NCBI RefSeq assembly: GCF_009914755.1
Contig: NC_060931.1
DNA from: the human T2T-CHM13v2.0 reference genome, Homo sapiens
Reading direction: 5' to 3' (one strand)
DNA length: 64,000 nt
Of the stretch, positions 12,458-24,424 are shown in pieces. The notes below the pieces were generated by a model, which was not told the DNA's origin, searched no databases, and saw only the letters and a program-made list of their open reading frames with translations. A program made the position numbers and the translations under genes. Within the stretch, counting starts at the first letter, position 1. Each line of letters starts with the position of its first letter.

Positions 12458-12841
12458 TAATATGGTTAGGCTCTATGTTCCCACCCAAATCTCATCTTGC
12501 ATTGCAATCCCCATAATCCCAATAATCCCCACATGACAAGGGAGAGATCAGATGGAGGTAATTGAATCATAGGGAGTGGTTTCCCCCATGCTGTTCTCAC
12601 GATAAGTGAGTTCTCAGGAGATCTGATGGTGGTTTCATAAGGGGCTCTTCCCCCTTAGCTTGGCACTTCTTCCTACTGCCTTGTGAAGAATGTGCCTTGC
12701 TTTCTCTTTGCTTTCCACCATGGTTGTAAGTTTCTTGAGGCCTCCCAGCCAGGCTGAATTGTGAGTCAATTAAACTCTTTTCCTTTATAAATTACCCAGT
12801 CTCAGGCCATTCTTTCCAGCCTATGAAAATGGACTAATACA
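12458..12841 (+). mobile_element. THE1D-like solo MaLR LTR
   Basis: TAATATGGTTAGGCTCTATG...GGACTAATACA, with perfect TSD ACACC (12453-12457, 12842-12846). Confidence 0.95.
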
Positions 12842-12959
12842 ACACCTAAACAAGATTAATCTCTTAGACAAAATATTAACCAGACAAGATAAATATATTT
12901 ATAAAAAGAAGAAAGGAGCACAGCAAAAGAAAAAAAAAACTTAAAGCAACAACAGCAAC

Positions 12960-13175
12960 ACAGTTAACAGGTACCGTACTTTATTAGGTACCAGGCACTG
13001 TGGTAGGCACTTTACATCCATTAACTCCTTTAATAATCGTAACAACCTTGTGAAGTAGGTACTGTTGGTCAACAGTAATTTACAGATAGAAAATACAAAA
13101 CAAAACAAAATGAGTCACAGAGTTAGGAATCATAGAGTTAGGAAATCTAGATACAAACCCAGGCAGTCTGGGGCC
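12960..13175 (-). mobile_element. MIR
   Basis: CCAGGCACTGTGGTAGGCACTTTACA...AACCTTGTGAAGTAGGTACT...AAACCCAGGCAGTCTG. Confidence 0.75.
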
Positions 13176-14639
13176 TTCTTGCTCCCAAATCTGCATCATT
13201 TACCAAGGGTGTCATGTAATATAGCCCTTTGTTATTGTTATTAAACCATATTTCAATTACCATTATGTAATATATTACATTGAATATGCCATCTTAAAAA
13301 AACTCTTGCATATATGCATATATATCACACATAGTGTTAAAACTGTACTATTTATAATTTCTCTAGGCTTTCGTGAAGCACTCACAGGCGTTTATCTCAG
13401 AATCCATTGTGATCTATTGAAACTGTAGTTTAAGGTCTAATTAATAATTTTCTGTGAAAAACTATTAGATAGTATTTTTTAATGTGATTCCAAAGTGTCC
13501 TTTAAAATGGAGAAGCAAAATTTCACATATCTAACTTACACAGAATTTAGACTATTTGGGTATTTCATCTGTCTTCATTGTTTTTTTTTTTTTTTTTTAA
13601 TTTGAGACAGACCGAGTAAATAAAACTAGGAATTGTAAGATACGATTGGTCCTTGTTTTTCCTGAACCATCTTAATGGATTCCTGGCAGTGGAACAGGAA
13701 TTTCCATTATATAGAGGGCAGCAGTCACTAATTCTACTTAAAGCCAACCAACTGAAAGAGTTTGGTCAAAAGAAACATGTTGTAAAGTTGCTTGCAGTGC
13801 AGCACCAAAAGTATTTTCAGAGAGACAAAATGATTGTTTTAGCAGGTAGGTTCTTCCACAGCTTGAAAATGTGTTTTTCACTTGTACTTCCTACGCTATT
13901 GGTAATTTGGGAACTTTACTAATTAAGCTTTTTGCCTACTGTCAATGCAGTACAAAGTCAAGCTATTAAGCTATAAACTGTAAAAGCTGTAAAAATGATT
14001 AAATCATACAGCTTAGAGATAATTCTCTACAAACTTAGGCATAAATTCATAAGTTCTTTTTTCCCATTTTAAAATGGTTTGAGGCTATTGTGTAGCTATA
14101 GCTAGAATAGTTTCTATCTAATCTGACATTATTGTATTGTTTTGGTACATTTAACAATAAAGAATATAATAATCTTTTCAACAAACTTAGCATCGGTAGT
14201 ATGAGACATTAGCAATCTGAAAAATACTCATATTTTAATACCTCTTTTAGGTCAATCGAAAAGAAAATAACGTTTGATTGTTTTGTTATGTATGGCAATT
14301 GACGGTTTGTTTTGTTTTTTCTTATTTGAAGAGCTCTGTGCCTTCTATAAAGAGGGACTCATGCTCAGGAATACTCTAAGTATAAGAGAAGATAATACAC
14401 ATAAGGAGAACTATGGAAAGTATAACATAAGCAAGATATTCTTCTTCATCTTTCTTATGGCTTAATTCTTTATTTTTTTGAATTATATTACATATCCCTA
14501 TGCCTTTTCTTCTGCCTAAATATCAAGCTTCCTTCCCTTCATCCCACATAAGGTATATTTTCCATCAGTCATTAATCATTGTAGCCATTCAATCAGTCTA
14601 CTTGGGATACGGTGAGGGAACTTCCATCGTATTCACATT

Positions 14640-16298
14640 TTAAAAAAATTATACTTTAAGTTCTGTGATACATGTACAAAACCTGCAGGTTTGTTACATA
14701 GGTACACACGAGCCATGGTGGTTTTCTGCACCCGTCAACTCGTCATCTATATTAGGTATTTCCCCTAATGCTATCGTCCCCAGCCCCTCACCCCACAACA
14801 GGCCCCAGTGAGTGGTGTTCCCCTCCCTCTGTCCATGTGTTCTCATTGTTCAATTCCCACTTATGAGTGACAACATGAAGTGTTTGGTTTTCTGTCGCTG
14901 TGTTAGTTTGCTGAGAGTGATGCTTTCTAGCTTCATCCATGTCCCTGCAAAGACATGAACTCATCCTTTTTTATGACTGCGTAGTATTCCATGGTGTACT
15001 CATCCTTTTCTGTGGCTGCATAGTATTCCATGGTGTATATGTGCCACATTTTCTTTATCCAGTCTATCATTGATGGGCATTTGGGTTGGTTCCAAGTCTT
15101 TGCTATTGTGAAAAGTGCTGCAGTAAACATACATGTGCATGTGTCTTTACAGTAGAGTGATTTATAATTCTTTAGGTATACACTCAGTAATGGGATTGCT
15201 GTGTCAAATGGTATTTCTGGTTCTAGATCCTGGAGGTATCGCCACACTGTCTTCCACAATGATTGAACTAATTTACACTCCCACCAACAGTGTAAAAGCT
15301 TTCCTATTTCTCCACATCCTCTCCAGCATCTGTTGTTTCCTGACTTTTTAATGATTGCCATTCTAACTGGCATGAGATGGTATCTCATTGTGGTTTTGAT
15401 TTGCATTTCTCCAATGTCCAGTGATGATGAGTTTTTCGTATGTTTCTTGGCTGCATACATGTCTTCTTTTGAGAAGTGTCCATTCATAACCTTTGCCCAC
15501 TTTTTGATGGGGTTTTTTTTTTCTTGTAAATTTGTTTAAGTTCTTTGTAGATTCTGAATATTAGCCTTTTGTCAGATGGATAGGAAGAATCAATATCGTG
15601 AAAACGGCCATACTGTCCAAAGTAATTTATAGATTCAATGCTATCCCCATCAAGCTACGACTGACTTTCTTCACAGAATTAGAAAAAACTACTTTAAATT
15701 TCATATGAAACAAAAATGAGCCCATATAGCCAAGACAATTCTAAGCAAAAACAAACAAACAAAAAAACAAAGCTGGAGGCCTCATGGTACCTGACTTCAA
15801 ACTATTCTACAAGGCTACAGTAACCAAAACAGCATGTTACTGGTACCAAAACAGATATATAGACCAGTGGAACAGAACAGAGGCCTCAGAATAATGCCAC
15901 ACATCTACAACCATCTGATCTTTGACAAATCTGACAAAAGCAAGCAATGGGGAAAGGATTCCCTATTTAATAAATGGTATTGTGAAAACTGGCTAGCTAT
16001 AAGCAGAAAACTGAAACTGGATCCCTTCCTTACACCTTATACAAAAATTAACTCAGATGGATTAAAGACTTAAATTGTAAGACCTAAAATGATAAAAACC
16101 CTGGAAGAAAACCTAGGCAATACCATTCAGGACATAGGCATGGGCAAAGACTTCATGACTAAAACATCAAAAGCAATGGTGACAAAAGCCAAAATTGACA
16201 AATTGGATCTAATTAAACTAAAGAGCTTCTGTAGAGCAAAAGAAACTATTATCAGAGTGAACAGGCAACCTATAGAATGGAAGCAAATTTTTGCAATC
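14640..16298 (-). mobile_element. L1PA7-like 3' portion with 5' inversion (minus 14640-15583, plus 15576-16298)
   Basis: TTATACTTTAAGTTCTG 3' end, antisense ORF2 C-terminus, and a strand switch at ATGGATAG. Confidence 0.95.
14933..15487 (-). pseudogene. ORF2: L1 ORF2p C-terminal fragment with cysteine-rich (CCHC) motif
   Basis: Track ORF contains [18 protein letters not shown] and [19 protein letters not shown]. Confidence 0.9.
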
Positions 16299-16504
16299 AA
16301 AGTTTTAATTATCTTATGTTTAAACAATGGAAGAAGATATGTTACCAATTCACAATGTAATATTCTCATCATAAAACACAACATATCTAGTTACATTAAA
16401 CTATCTGTGATTTGATACTTTTTTGGGAGGAAGGTATTTAAATTTATGTCTCATTCCCCAAATAGAACCAGTTTGATTCACAGTAAGAAATATAAGGTAA
16501 TATT

Positions 16505-16700
16505 AAAACACCTTTTGGAATCAGAAAGAACGGAGTTCCAATTCTTTTTTTGCCATTTTGTGTTCATGGGATTACTATTAACTACTTAACCTTTCTTAAA
16601 CATCAGTTTCCTTATCTGTCAAATGGACACAGCAAGAAAAGCTCTTAAATTGTTATGAGGCTCAATATACTGCTGTCTCTGTGAGATGTTTAGTAAACTT
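16505..16700 (+). mobile_element. MIR
   Basis: CTACTTAACCTTTCT...CAGTTTCCTTATCTGTCAAATGG core. Confidence 0.7.
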
Positions 16701-16929
16701 TCTATGTGAGATATTTAGTGTGTTTGTTTCTATAACAATTAAACTCAACTCCTCTTTGGACAGCTATTTGGTTAAGTCCTAAATTATCTTCTTTAATGAT
16801 ACCTATATGATAAGAGTTATAAACTTTCTGTCTTAAGTGACCAAATTATATGTAAAACAAAACTTTGAAAAAGTTCAAAATGATATGGTATTGGAGACTT
16901 AGATGTATCTCACAGACTAATTTGGATTC

Positions 16930-17720
16930 ATGAAGTTTCGCTTCCTCTTTCACTCCACTTGCAACCAAGAGATGATAACCGAAGAGAGATATAAAAAATG
17001 TTTACAGTTTAGTTTATCCTCTCATGTCCTTCATTAACGTACTGTGGGTGTTGTTCTTTTAAAAGGCCAAGGTTCATGGTTCTGTTTTTTAATTGCAATT
17101 CAGTCTTTCCTCCTTCTTCCAGGAGCATCGGCTTTATCATTGCTTGTGAGATTTACAGCGCTTCTTTCCATCGTCAGCTTGCTAATAGGCAGTTGTTGAA
17201 CTCCCCAGAGTCTAAACTAGGAAATATGAGCAGTATGTAATTGCTACAGCTGGAATCGCATTCCACTTCAGAAGCTTCTTAACAGCATTCTCAGATGTGT
17301 GAATATCCATTAGTGACCCAAGGGGATTACTCCCTGGCACCAAGTATACCTTTATGAGGGGTCTGGATGATGAGACTTTCCCCTCCCATCAGCAGAAAGT
17401 GAGGCGAGGCGAGGGGCTTGGATGTTGGTGAATACAAAAAGATAAATAAAATAAATAAACGTGTGGCAACACAGAATGCTTTTTAAAAAGAATTCAAAAG
17501 GAAAATTATAAATTTTGGCCATGGGGTACGTAAGTTGAATATTTATGTTGAGTAAATAGCTAACAAATTTATCAAAACATTCAAGGGCACTAAGGCTAAA
17601 GTAACATGACTTGATCTTCCTGTGTCTGTTTATGTGGATGGTAATTGACAGTAAGCAACACTGAACTTTCACTTCCTGTTCACTGCATCTAGGACAGACA
17701 ATACTGGGAGGATGACTCAG
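16930..17720. promoter_or_regulatory. Candidate enhancer: two ETS-IRF composite motifs and an AP-1 site in non-repetitive, CpG-retaining DNA
   Basis: TTTCGCTTCC 16936-16945 (=GGAAGCGAAA), TTTCACTTCC 17667-17676 (=GGAAGTGAAA), TGACTCA 17713-17719, and about 11 CpGs in 16930-17530. Motif evidence only. Confidence 0.4.
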
Positions 17721-18405
17721 TTGCTCCTGCAGCAACTGCCCTTTGAGGAAAAAGCTTCCTGATTTCACCATGTCTCTTTTAAAATACTTCTACTCTTCCT
17801 GCCCACCCCAACAGTTCTGCAGCTTCTCTTTTTGCAACAGTATCTCTAACCACTGTCCTCTAGATGTTATAGCAATCAGAAAGCCTCCCTTTCAGTTTTA
17901 AGAGTAAGGGGAAAATGTCTGTGAGTAGACGTACTCATTTTATAGAAGAGGTTCATGAATTTTCTTGCATAAGCCATGCCTGCGTTATTACATTTGCACA
18001 ATCAGAGGGAAAGACTACTGCATGTTCAAGTAGTAGGTACAGTGAGAGGATCTGCAAAGAGATTAAAAGAGATCTGCTAGGGATTAAATTCTTATTAAAT
18101 CCATGATATCAGCTAAGTGAGGAAGAAAGTTCATAGTAGAATCTTGGAAGTATCTGGCTACATTTTATATCCTTCACAATTCCTAGTACAAACTTTTGCT
18201 TCTCGTAACAATACATAATATGTAATATTTATGTAACAAATATAAGATGTAATAATATATAATTTAAAACTATTATATGTTTTGAATGAATATATGAATG
18301 AATGATTTAAGAATTATTTAATTAGTATTAGACATTTCCCAGGCCAACAGTAATGGTTTGTATGGTTCATGAACAGACGGGTATTCAGATTTCATCCATT
18401 AGAGA

Positions 18406-18581
18406 GCATGTTTCACAATTCTAGCTCCACATTAGCATCACCTAGGGAGCTTTTAAAAAAATGTTGCCTGAGCCTCACCTTGAGAAATGCTGATTTAACT
18501 GTTCTGTGATGGGCCTAGCTTTGGGTGTTTATTAAAAGCTCCCCAAATAATTCTAATATGCGGCCAGCATTAAGCATCATT
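18406..18581. mobile_element. MER5B (hAT-Charlie)
   Basis: CACATTAGCATCACCTAGGGAGCTTTTAAAA...AAAAGCTCCCCAAATAATTCTAATATGCGGCCAG, the near-palindromic MER5B layout. Confidence 0.8.
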
Positions 18582-18668
18582 ATGGTACCATCCCGTAGGT
18601 AGACTCTTAGAATGACTTGTGCACTGTGGGAAATGAAAATCTTTTGCTGATCTATTAGGGGGAGGAAA

Positions 18669-18672
<4 letters not shown>

Positions 18673-18706
<34 letters not shown>
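18673..18706. repeat. (GA)17 microsatellite
   Basis: Read directly from the sequence. Confidence 0.95.
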
Positions 18707-18709
<3 letters not shown>

Positions 18710-18739
18710 AATACATATATTCCAATTATTCCACATTTT

Positions 18740-20130
18740 AACACATTTATTCAATAATTGGTAATATGTATTGAGTTCTTACTGAGTGTCACACACTCTA
18801 AGTATTGATGCTATAAATATTGAACATAAGCAGATATTGTGGAGCTTATAGTCTAATGAGAAGAAATAGACATGAATTAAATAAAACAGAAATGCCTATA
18901 AAATTGTAATTCTGACAAAGCCATCAAACAAAAATACATCATAGGGAAGGAGTTTTTCTATATTCCTTGAGAGGCATGGGTTTCCCAGTGAAGTGATATT
19001 TGAATTGAGAATCTAATTACTAGCAAAGATGAGAGAGTAAAGCGCTGTAAGACAGAGGACACTGCATGTGCAAGGGCCCTGAGCCTTCAGGGACTATTCG
19101 TTGTAAGAAAGTCAGTAAGGTTGTCACATAGAGATCAAGGGGAGGGTTAGTCTGATACATGCCTGAATACATGGATAAGAGACGTTTCATGCTTGTTGGC
19201 CATGTAATGTTAGTTGGTGGAACACATTAAGTCTCTTAATTATTATCCTAAAAGCAGAAGAAGTCAATAACAGATTTTAAGAAGAGGTGAGGTATTATCA
19301 AACTTGAATTTATAATAACAATCTATTGAAGAGATTGTATTGGGAGGAGACAAGAATGGACAAGGGAGGCTAATTTGCAAACTATCCAAGTAAGAGAAGA
19401 TAGAAGCTTGGCTTATGGAGCTAGCAGATCAAATGGAGAGAGGTGGAAGAATTTTAAAGGGTGTTTTAAATATGCAATGTAATGGAGACGCAAAACTTAA
19501 AGAAGAGGACAACATTTAAGGAGAAGATGAGAAATATTTTTGTACATAGTAAGTTAGAGTTACTTTTTATTATCCAAATGGAAACATCAAGCAAGCTGTA
19601 GGTTTTATGGGTTTGGGGCTCAGTACAGAATTTTTAATTAGGAAATACAATTTTCGGAGTCATTTTCAAATAAAGCAGGTTAATGAATGCCATTGGATGA
19701 AGTTTTCTTTCAAGAAAGTACAGAGTTTGAAGAGAAGAGAACCTAGGTCCTGATCTTTAAAAAATATCCAGCATTTTGACCAGAAGGAAACCAGGAAAGC
19801 ATGGTCTATCTTTACTTCATACTCTCCCCCTTTTATTTCCTCACATTTGTGCATTATGTTATAGAAGTTTCTATGCAGTTGGAATCAGTTGGAACCAAAA
19901 CTTTGTCAATAATGTCTTTGCTCACAATCAACTGACTTCTCAAATTTTAGATTTGTATGAGTTTTTACAATAAAGATAAACTAAGAAAGACCAATCTGCT
20001 ACTGAGAAAAATAGATTATTCAAAAGGGTGTGAGAGGTTTCAAATTGTGATGGTGTCCAAGATTATGTGAAAATTAATATGGATGAAGTCACTGGTGTTC
20101 TGGTAATTATGTAATAATTGGTTCTTCAAA
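18740..20130 (-). mobile_element. L2 fragments
   Basis: ATTTATTCAATAA...TATTGAGTTCTTACTGAGTGTCACACACT...GGAGCTTATAGTCTAATG antisense L2 3' end, followed by further L2-like purine-rich sequence. Confidence 0.65.
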
Positions 20131-20166
20131 ATGTAATAAAAGGAAAATGGAATCTATTCAAGAGAA

Positions 20167-20750
20167 CTGACTATAGTTAATGACAAAATACTATATATTT
20201 TGAAAATCACTGCAAGTGGATTTTAGGTATTCTCACCACAAAAAAAAATAAGTATGTGAGGTAACACTTATGTTAATGTATTAATCTGTTTCGTAAGGCT
20301 ATCAAGAACTGCCCAAGACTGGGTAATTTATAAGGGAAAAAAGTTTAATTGACTCACAGTTCAGCATGGCTGGTGTGGCCTCAGGAAACCTACAATCATG
20401 GCAGAAGATGAAGGAGAAGCAAGGTACCTTCTTCACAAGGCAGCAGGAAGAAGAAGTGCCAACTTAAGGGGGAAGAGCCCCTTAAAAAACCATCAGATTT
20501 TGTGAGAACTCATTCACTATCACAAGAACAGCATGGGGGAACCACCTCCATGATCTAAATACTTCCACCTGGTCTCTCCCTTAACATGTGGAGATTGGGG
20601 ATTATAATTCAAAATGAGATTTGGGTGGGGACACAAAGCCTATCCAAATCAATTAATTAGCTCAATGTAGTCATTTTACAAATATATGAATATCTCATCA
20701 TTTTGCACACCACAAAAATATCTTATTTGTTAATTTAAAAATAAATAATT
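20167..20750 (+). mobile_element. L1M 3' UTR fragment split by THE1D
   Basis: GACTATAGTTAATGAC...TCTCACCACAAAAAAAAATAAGTATGTGAGGTAA, resuming TTAGCTCAATGTAGTCATT after the LTR. Confidence 0.75.
20277..20651 (-). mobile_element. THE1D-like solo LTR
   Basis: TGTATTAATCTG...GAGATTTGGGTGGGGACACAAAGCCTATCCAAATCA, with TSD GTTAA/ATTAA. Confidence 0.93.
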
Positions 20751-20754
20751 TTAA

Positions 20755-21410
20755 ATGGTGTTTTTGATCCATAATTGTACATATTTATGGGGTAGAATGC
20801 GATGTTTTTATACATGCATACATTGTGTAAAAATCAAATCAGGATGTTTAGCATATCCATCACCTCATATATTTATCTATTTTTTGTGCTGAGAACTTTC
20901 AAAATCCTCTCTTCTAGCTCTTTTGAATTATGTAATGCAATGTACAGTATTATATAATCCTAGTCACATACTGTGCAATAGAACACCAGAACCTATTCCT
21001 TCTATCTAACTATAACTTTGTACCCATTGACTAATATCTCCCTATCTTGCCTGCACCCCTAACCTCCCCCAACTCTGGCAACAATTATTGTACTCTCTGC
21101 TTCTATGAGATCAACTTTTTTAGATTCCACATATGTGTAAATCATGCCATATTTGTCTTTTTGTGCCTGGTTTATTTCACTTAACATACTGTTCCTCAGG
21201 TTTATCCATATTGCCACAAATGATAGAATTTCATTCTTTGTTATGGATGAATAGTATTCCATTGTGTATGTGTACCACATTTTCTTTTTCCATTCATCCA
21301 ATGATGGACACACACTGATTCCATAACTTGCCTGTTGTGAATTGTGTTGCAATAAACATGGGAGTGTAGATGTCTCTTTGAAATATTGACTTCATTTCTT
21401 TAAAATATAA
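20755..21410 (-). mobile_element. L1MA 3' end
   Basis: ATAATTGTACATATTTATGGGG...; track ORF 21059-21352 (CPSLDEWKKKMWYTYTMEYY). Confidence 0.9.
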
Positions 21411-21616
21411 ATAAATTTTAAAAAGAAACCAATGAATCAACATCAGATTTACAGTCATTCATCAGATAAAAAAGTTCATAATATAAAATAAAAATACATA
21501 ATGCAAAATTCGTATGGTAAAAGCAAATACTATGAAGTTGCTTAAAAATGAAATGGATCTATCTGTGTGTATAGATGTATATTGTAAAAAAAAAAATAGT
21601 TACAGAATACTACATA

Positions 21617-21838
21617 GAGCTGTTTCTCAACATTGGCTCTCTTGACATTTAGGGCAGGATACGTCTTTGCTGTGGGGGTTGTCCTGTGCATTGCAGGGTG
21701 ATTAGAATCATCCCTAACCTCTACCCACTAAATGCCAGTAAAACTATCCACCATCTCCATTTTTGGTTACAACTAAAAATGTCTCTATATATCACCAAAT
21801 GTTCCCTGGGGACAAAATCACCTTTGGTTCAGAAACAG
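21617..21838 (-). mobile_element. MER20
   Basis: TTTCTCAACATTGG...TGTCCTGTGCATTGCAGG...CAAATGTTCCCTGGGGACAAAATCACC. Confidence 0.88.
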
Positions 21839-22039
21839 AAATAAAACATGATTTCGTTGATGTGCAAATAAAATATCTATTTATTTGTTTTGTACATATG
21901 TAAGTTTATTATTAACTGGGAGTCATCAGTACAGTTTAAAGTGCATACATGAGACAATATACCTGAGGAAGGGAATGTAATTATAGATAATGGGGGATAT
22001 TGAAGAATAAAATTATTCTGGGGGAAAAAGAGAAATAAA

Positions 22040-22192
22040 AACTGATTTTTAATGATTTTCCATTTTCGTGGGGCTAAATACTCCCACCATGACCAATATC
22101 AGCTTCAGTGATGTCACTGAACCCAGTGTTTAGAATAGATTTGCAGACCTGGTTTTCAAAAGACATTTCAAGTCAGCTTTAGCCCACAACTG
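22040..22192 (+). mobile_element. MER63-like hAT-Blackjack fragment
   Basis: TAAATACTCCCACCATGACCAAT...GTGATGTCACTGAAC... resembles the MER63 3' end. Confidence 0.6.
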
Positions 22193-22347
22193 GATCTAAT
22201 ATATAAGATGATAAAATTAAACCTTGGGAGACCACCCAACTTCCATAAGCTCATAGTTCTAGAAAAGGAAACATCTGGAAAAGGATCTAGATCTTTCACG
22301 AGTCCTGTGCTCTATCTAATCACCATGCTAATAAAAGTAATATAGAA

Positions 22348-22532
22348 CAGTGGTTCTCAAAGTCCTGAGACCAGCAGTCTCAGCAGCATTTGCGAAATTC
22401 TTAGAAATGCAAAGTCACAGGCTCCTCCTCAGAATTCCTGAATTTAAAAAATCTGGGGATATTCCCCAGCAGTGTATCTTTTAGCAAGCCCTCCAGGTGA
22501 TTCTGATGAATACTAAAGTTAAAGAACCACAG
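22348..22532 (+). mobile_element. MER5A
   Basis: CAGTGGTTCTCAAAGT...GCAAGCCCTCCAGGTGATTCTGATG...AGAACCACAG. Confidence 0.92.
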
Positions 22533-23809
22533 GCACAGACAATAGTGATATCTTAAGTCACTTGATGCTTTGATGCTTTTTAAAGAATTATCATCCTGTC
22601 AGCTGTGCTTCCCATAAATGCTAATCCTAGTAACACAATAATACTGGTCTTTAGGAAGAGCAATCTGGCAGCTTTGTTAGATTTAACAAAGATAAATTGA
22701 AAATTTAGAAATGAGTTGTGGTTCTAATTTATTATGCTGACTGTGAAAAAAGAAAGAAATGGTCCCAATGTAGAACCTGTAGCAATGACATTTTAAATGA
22801 AGGATAACATACAGAAAGAAACTTAAAGTGCCTTCAAGGTTTAGTGCTTCAAAAAATTTAATTAAAAAAATCCTGTCCACAAATCTATCCTGCTTTGTCC
22901 TCAACTTGTTGCTATGGTTTCCCATCTTTTTCACACACTCAGAACTTTAGAAGTATATCACATATCGCACATATTCTCCCTACTAGTATTTTTTTCAGGC
23001 TCCCCATTAGAGGATACAGAGCTTTACTCATCCTTATATCCTCTGCAAAAACTGGCAGAATGTCTTTCACATAGTCAATAACTATAATAACTGAAATAAG
23101 AAATTCTTACGTAGGAATCATTTCAGAAAGGTGATTAAGTTAATATTTACTTTGATGTTTCAGAACAATGGGAGGCACCCAATGAAAATATTAAAAAAAC
23201 AGATGGAGTTAACATACCTGGAATACTCACAGCCACATACAAACCTTCAAACAAGTTTCTGTCACAGCTTAGTTCAATCTGATACATTCTTAAATGAGCT
23301 TCCTTTGTTTCGGCCAACACATGTTCCATGTATGCCAGCCACTAATTTTAGTGCATCCCCCGCTTTGTTTGTAGTTCCTATAGTTTTGTTGTCCTAAAAC
23401 TGATAAGCTTTTTATTTTGTATTCATTTAGAAGTCAACCTCAAATATGGAACCATTTTCATATTTAATACGTAGAATTATATATTGAAATGTATTTTTGA
23501 AATTTATTCTCTACTATTTCTCGCTCTTTAAAATATTTTAGCTAGATAGAAAAAATACATTTATCTTCACATTTATGTGTTACAGTGTGCATAGACTATT
23601 TTGCAGAGAATGAAATGGAAGTTTCTACTAAATTTAGTAAGTGAATATGCGTTCCTACATTCGTAGGTAAAACTATGTACATTTACTCTCAAAAAAAAGA
23701 AATAAAATAATTTTCTATATTCAGATACATATGAAATTACAGAAAAGGTGGTATATTTATTTGGGTAGTATTCCACTCTGTAAATTCTTCTACCCTAAAA
23801 TATACTAAA

Positions 23810-24060
23810 TTATACAGAGGTGGTAAGAAGGAGTGCAGATAATAGAATGAGATGCTTGTAATTGACTTAGTTTTGCCATTAGATCCATGACTTCAGAAAT
23901 TTGTTTCATGTAGGTCTCAATCTAAAAAATACAGAGATAATAATAATGCCTACTATGAAGTGTTTTTCAAAAGACTAAAATATTGACCCAAGTACAGCAA
24001 TTAGCACAGGACCTGAGTCAGAGTGCCTGTCTCAACATGTATTAGTTTATTATTAACTGC
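23810..24060 (+). mobile_element. MIR
   Basis: Degenerate MIR layout ending AGCAATTAGCACAGGACCTGAGTCAGAG...CTCAACATGTATTAGTTTATTATTA. Confidence 0.55.
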
Positions 24061-24424
24061 TATTATTATTGTTAATGCAACTTTTCTTCAGCAGCTATAG
24101 CAGCCCCTTCATCTAAACTTAGGTAAGAACATTCTAAGAAGTAAAAATGTAATTATTTGAAAATTAATCATATGAAGAAATTACTGCACTCATTTTAGTT
24201 GTCATAATCATATTATAGTTATGTTTTTGCTTAAAGAGTACTTGTCTTTTAGAGAGAGATCAAAGTATGTACAGATGAAATACTTTAATGTCTTGGATTT
24301 CCACAAATATACTCTGGATGGGAAGCAATAGATGAACAAAATTAGACAAACTGTTGAAATTAGAGTATATATACGTGTTTTATATTACTATTCACTCCAC
24401 TTTTACATATATTTGAAAAAATGC

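Noticed and set aside
13565-14465. ORFs in unique AT-rich DNA as possible host exons
   Set aside because: No recognisable domain, low-complexity or hydrophobic composition, and no convincing splice-site pair.
17352-17771. 139-aa minus-strand ORF
   Set aside because: Runs through an (AAAT)n-like tract (FIYFIYLF) and has no recognisable homology; better explained as chance.
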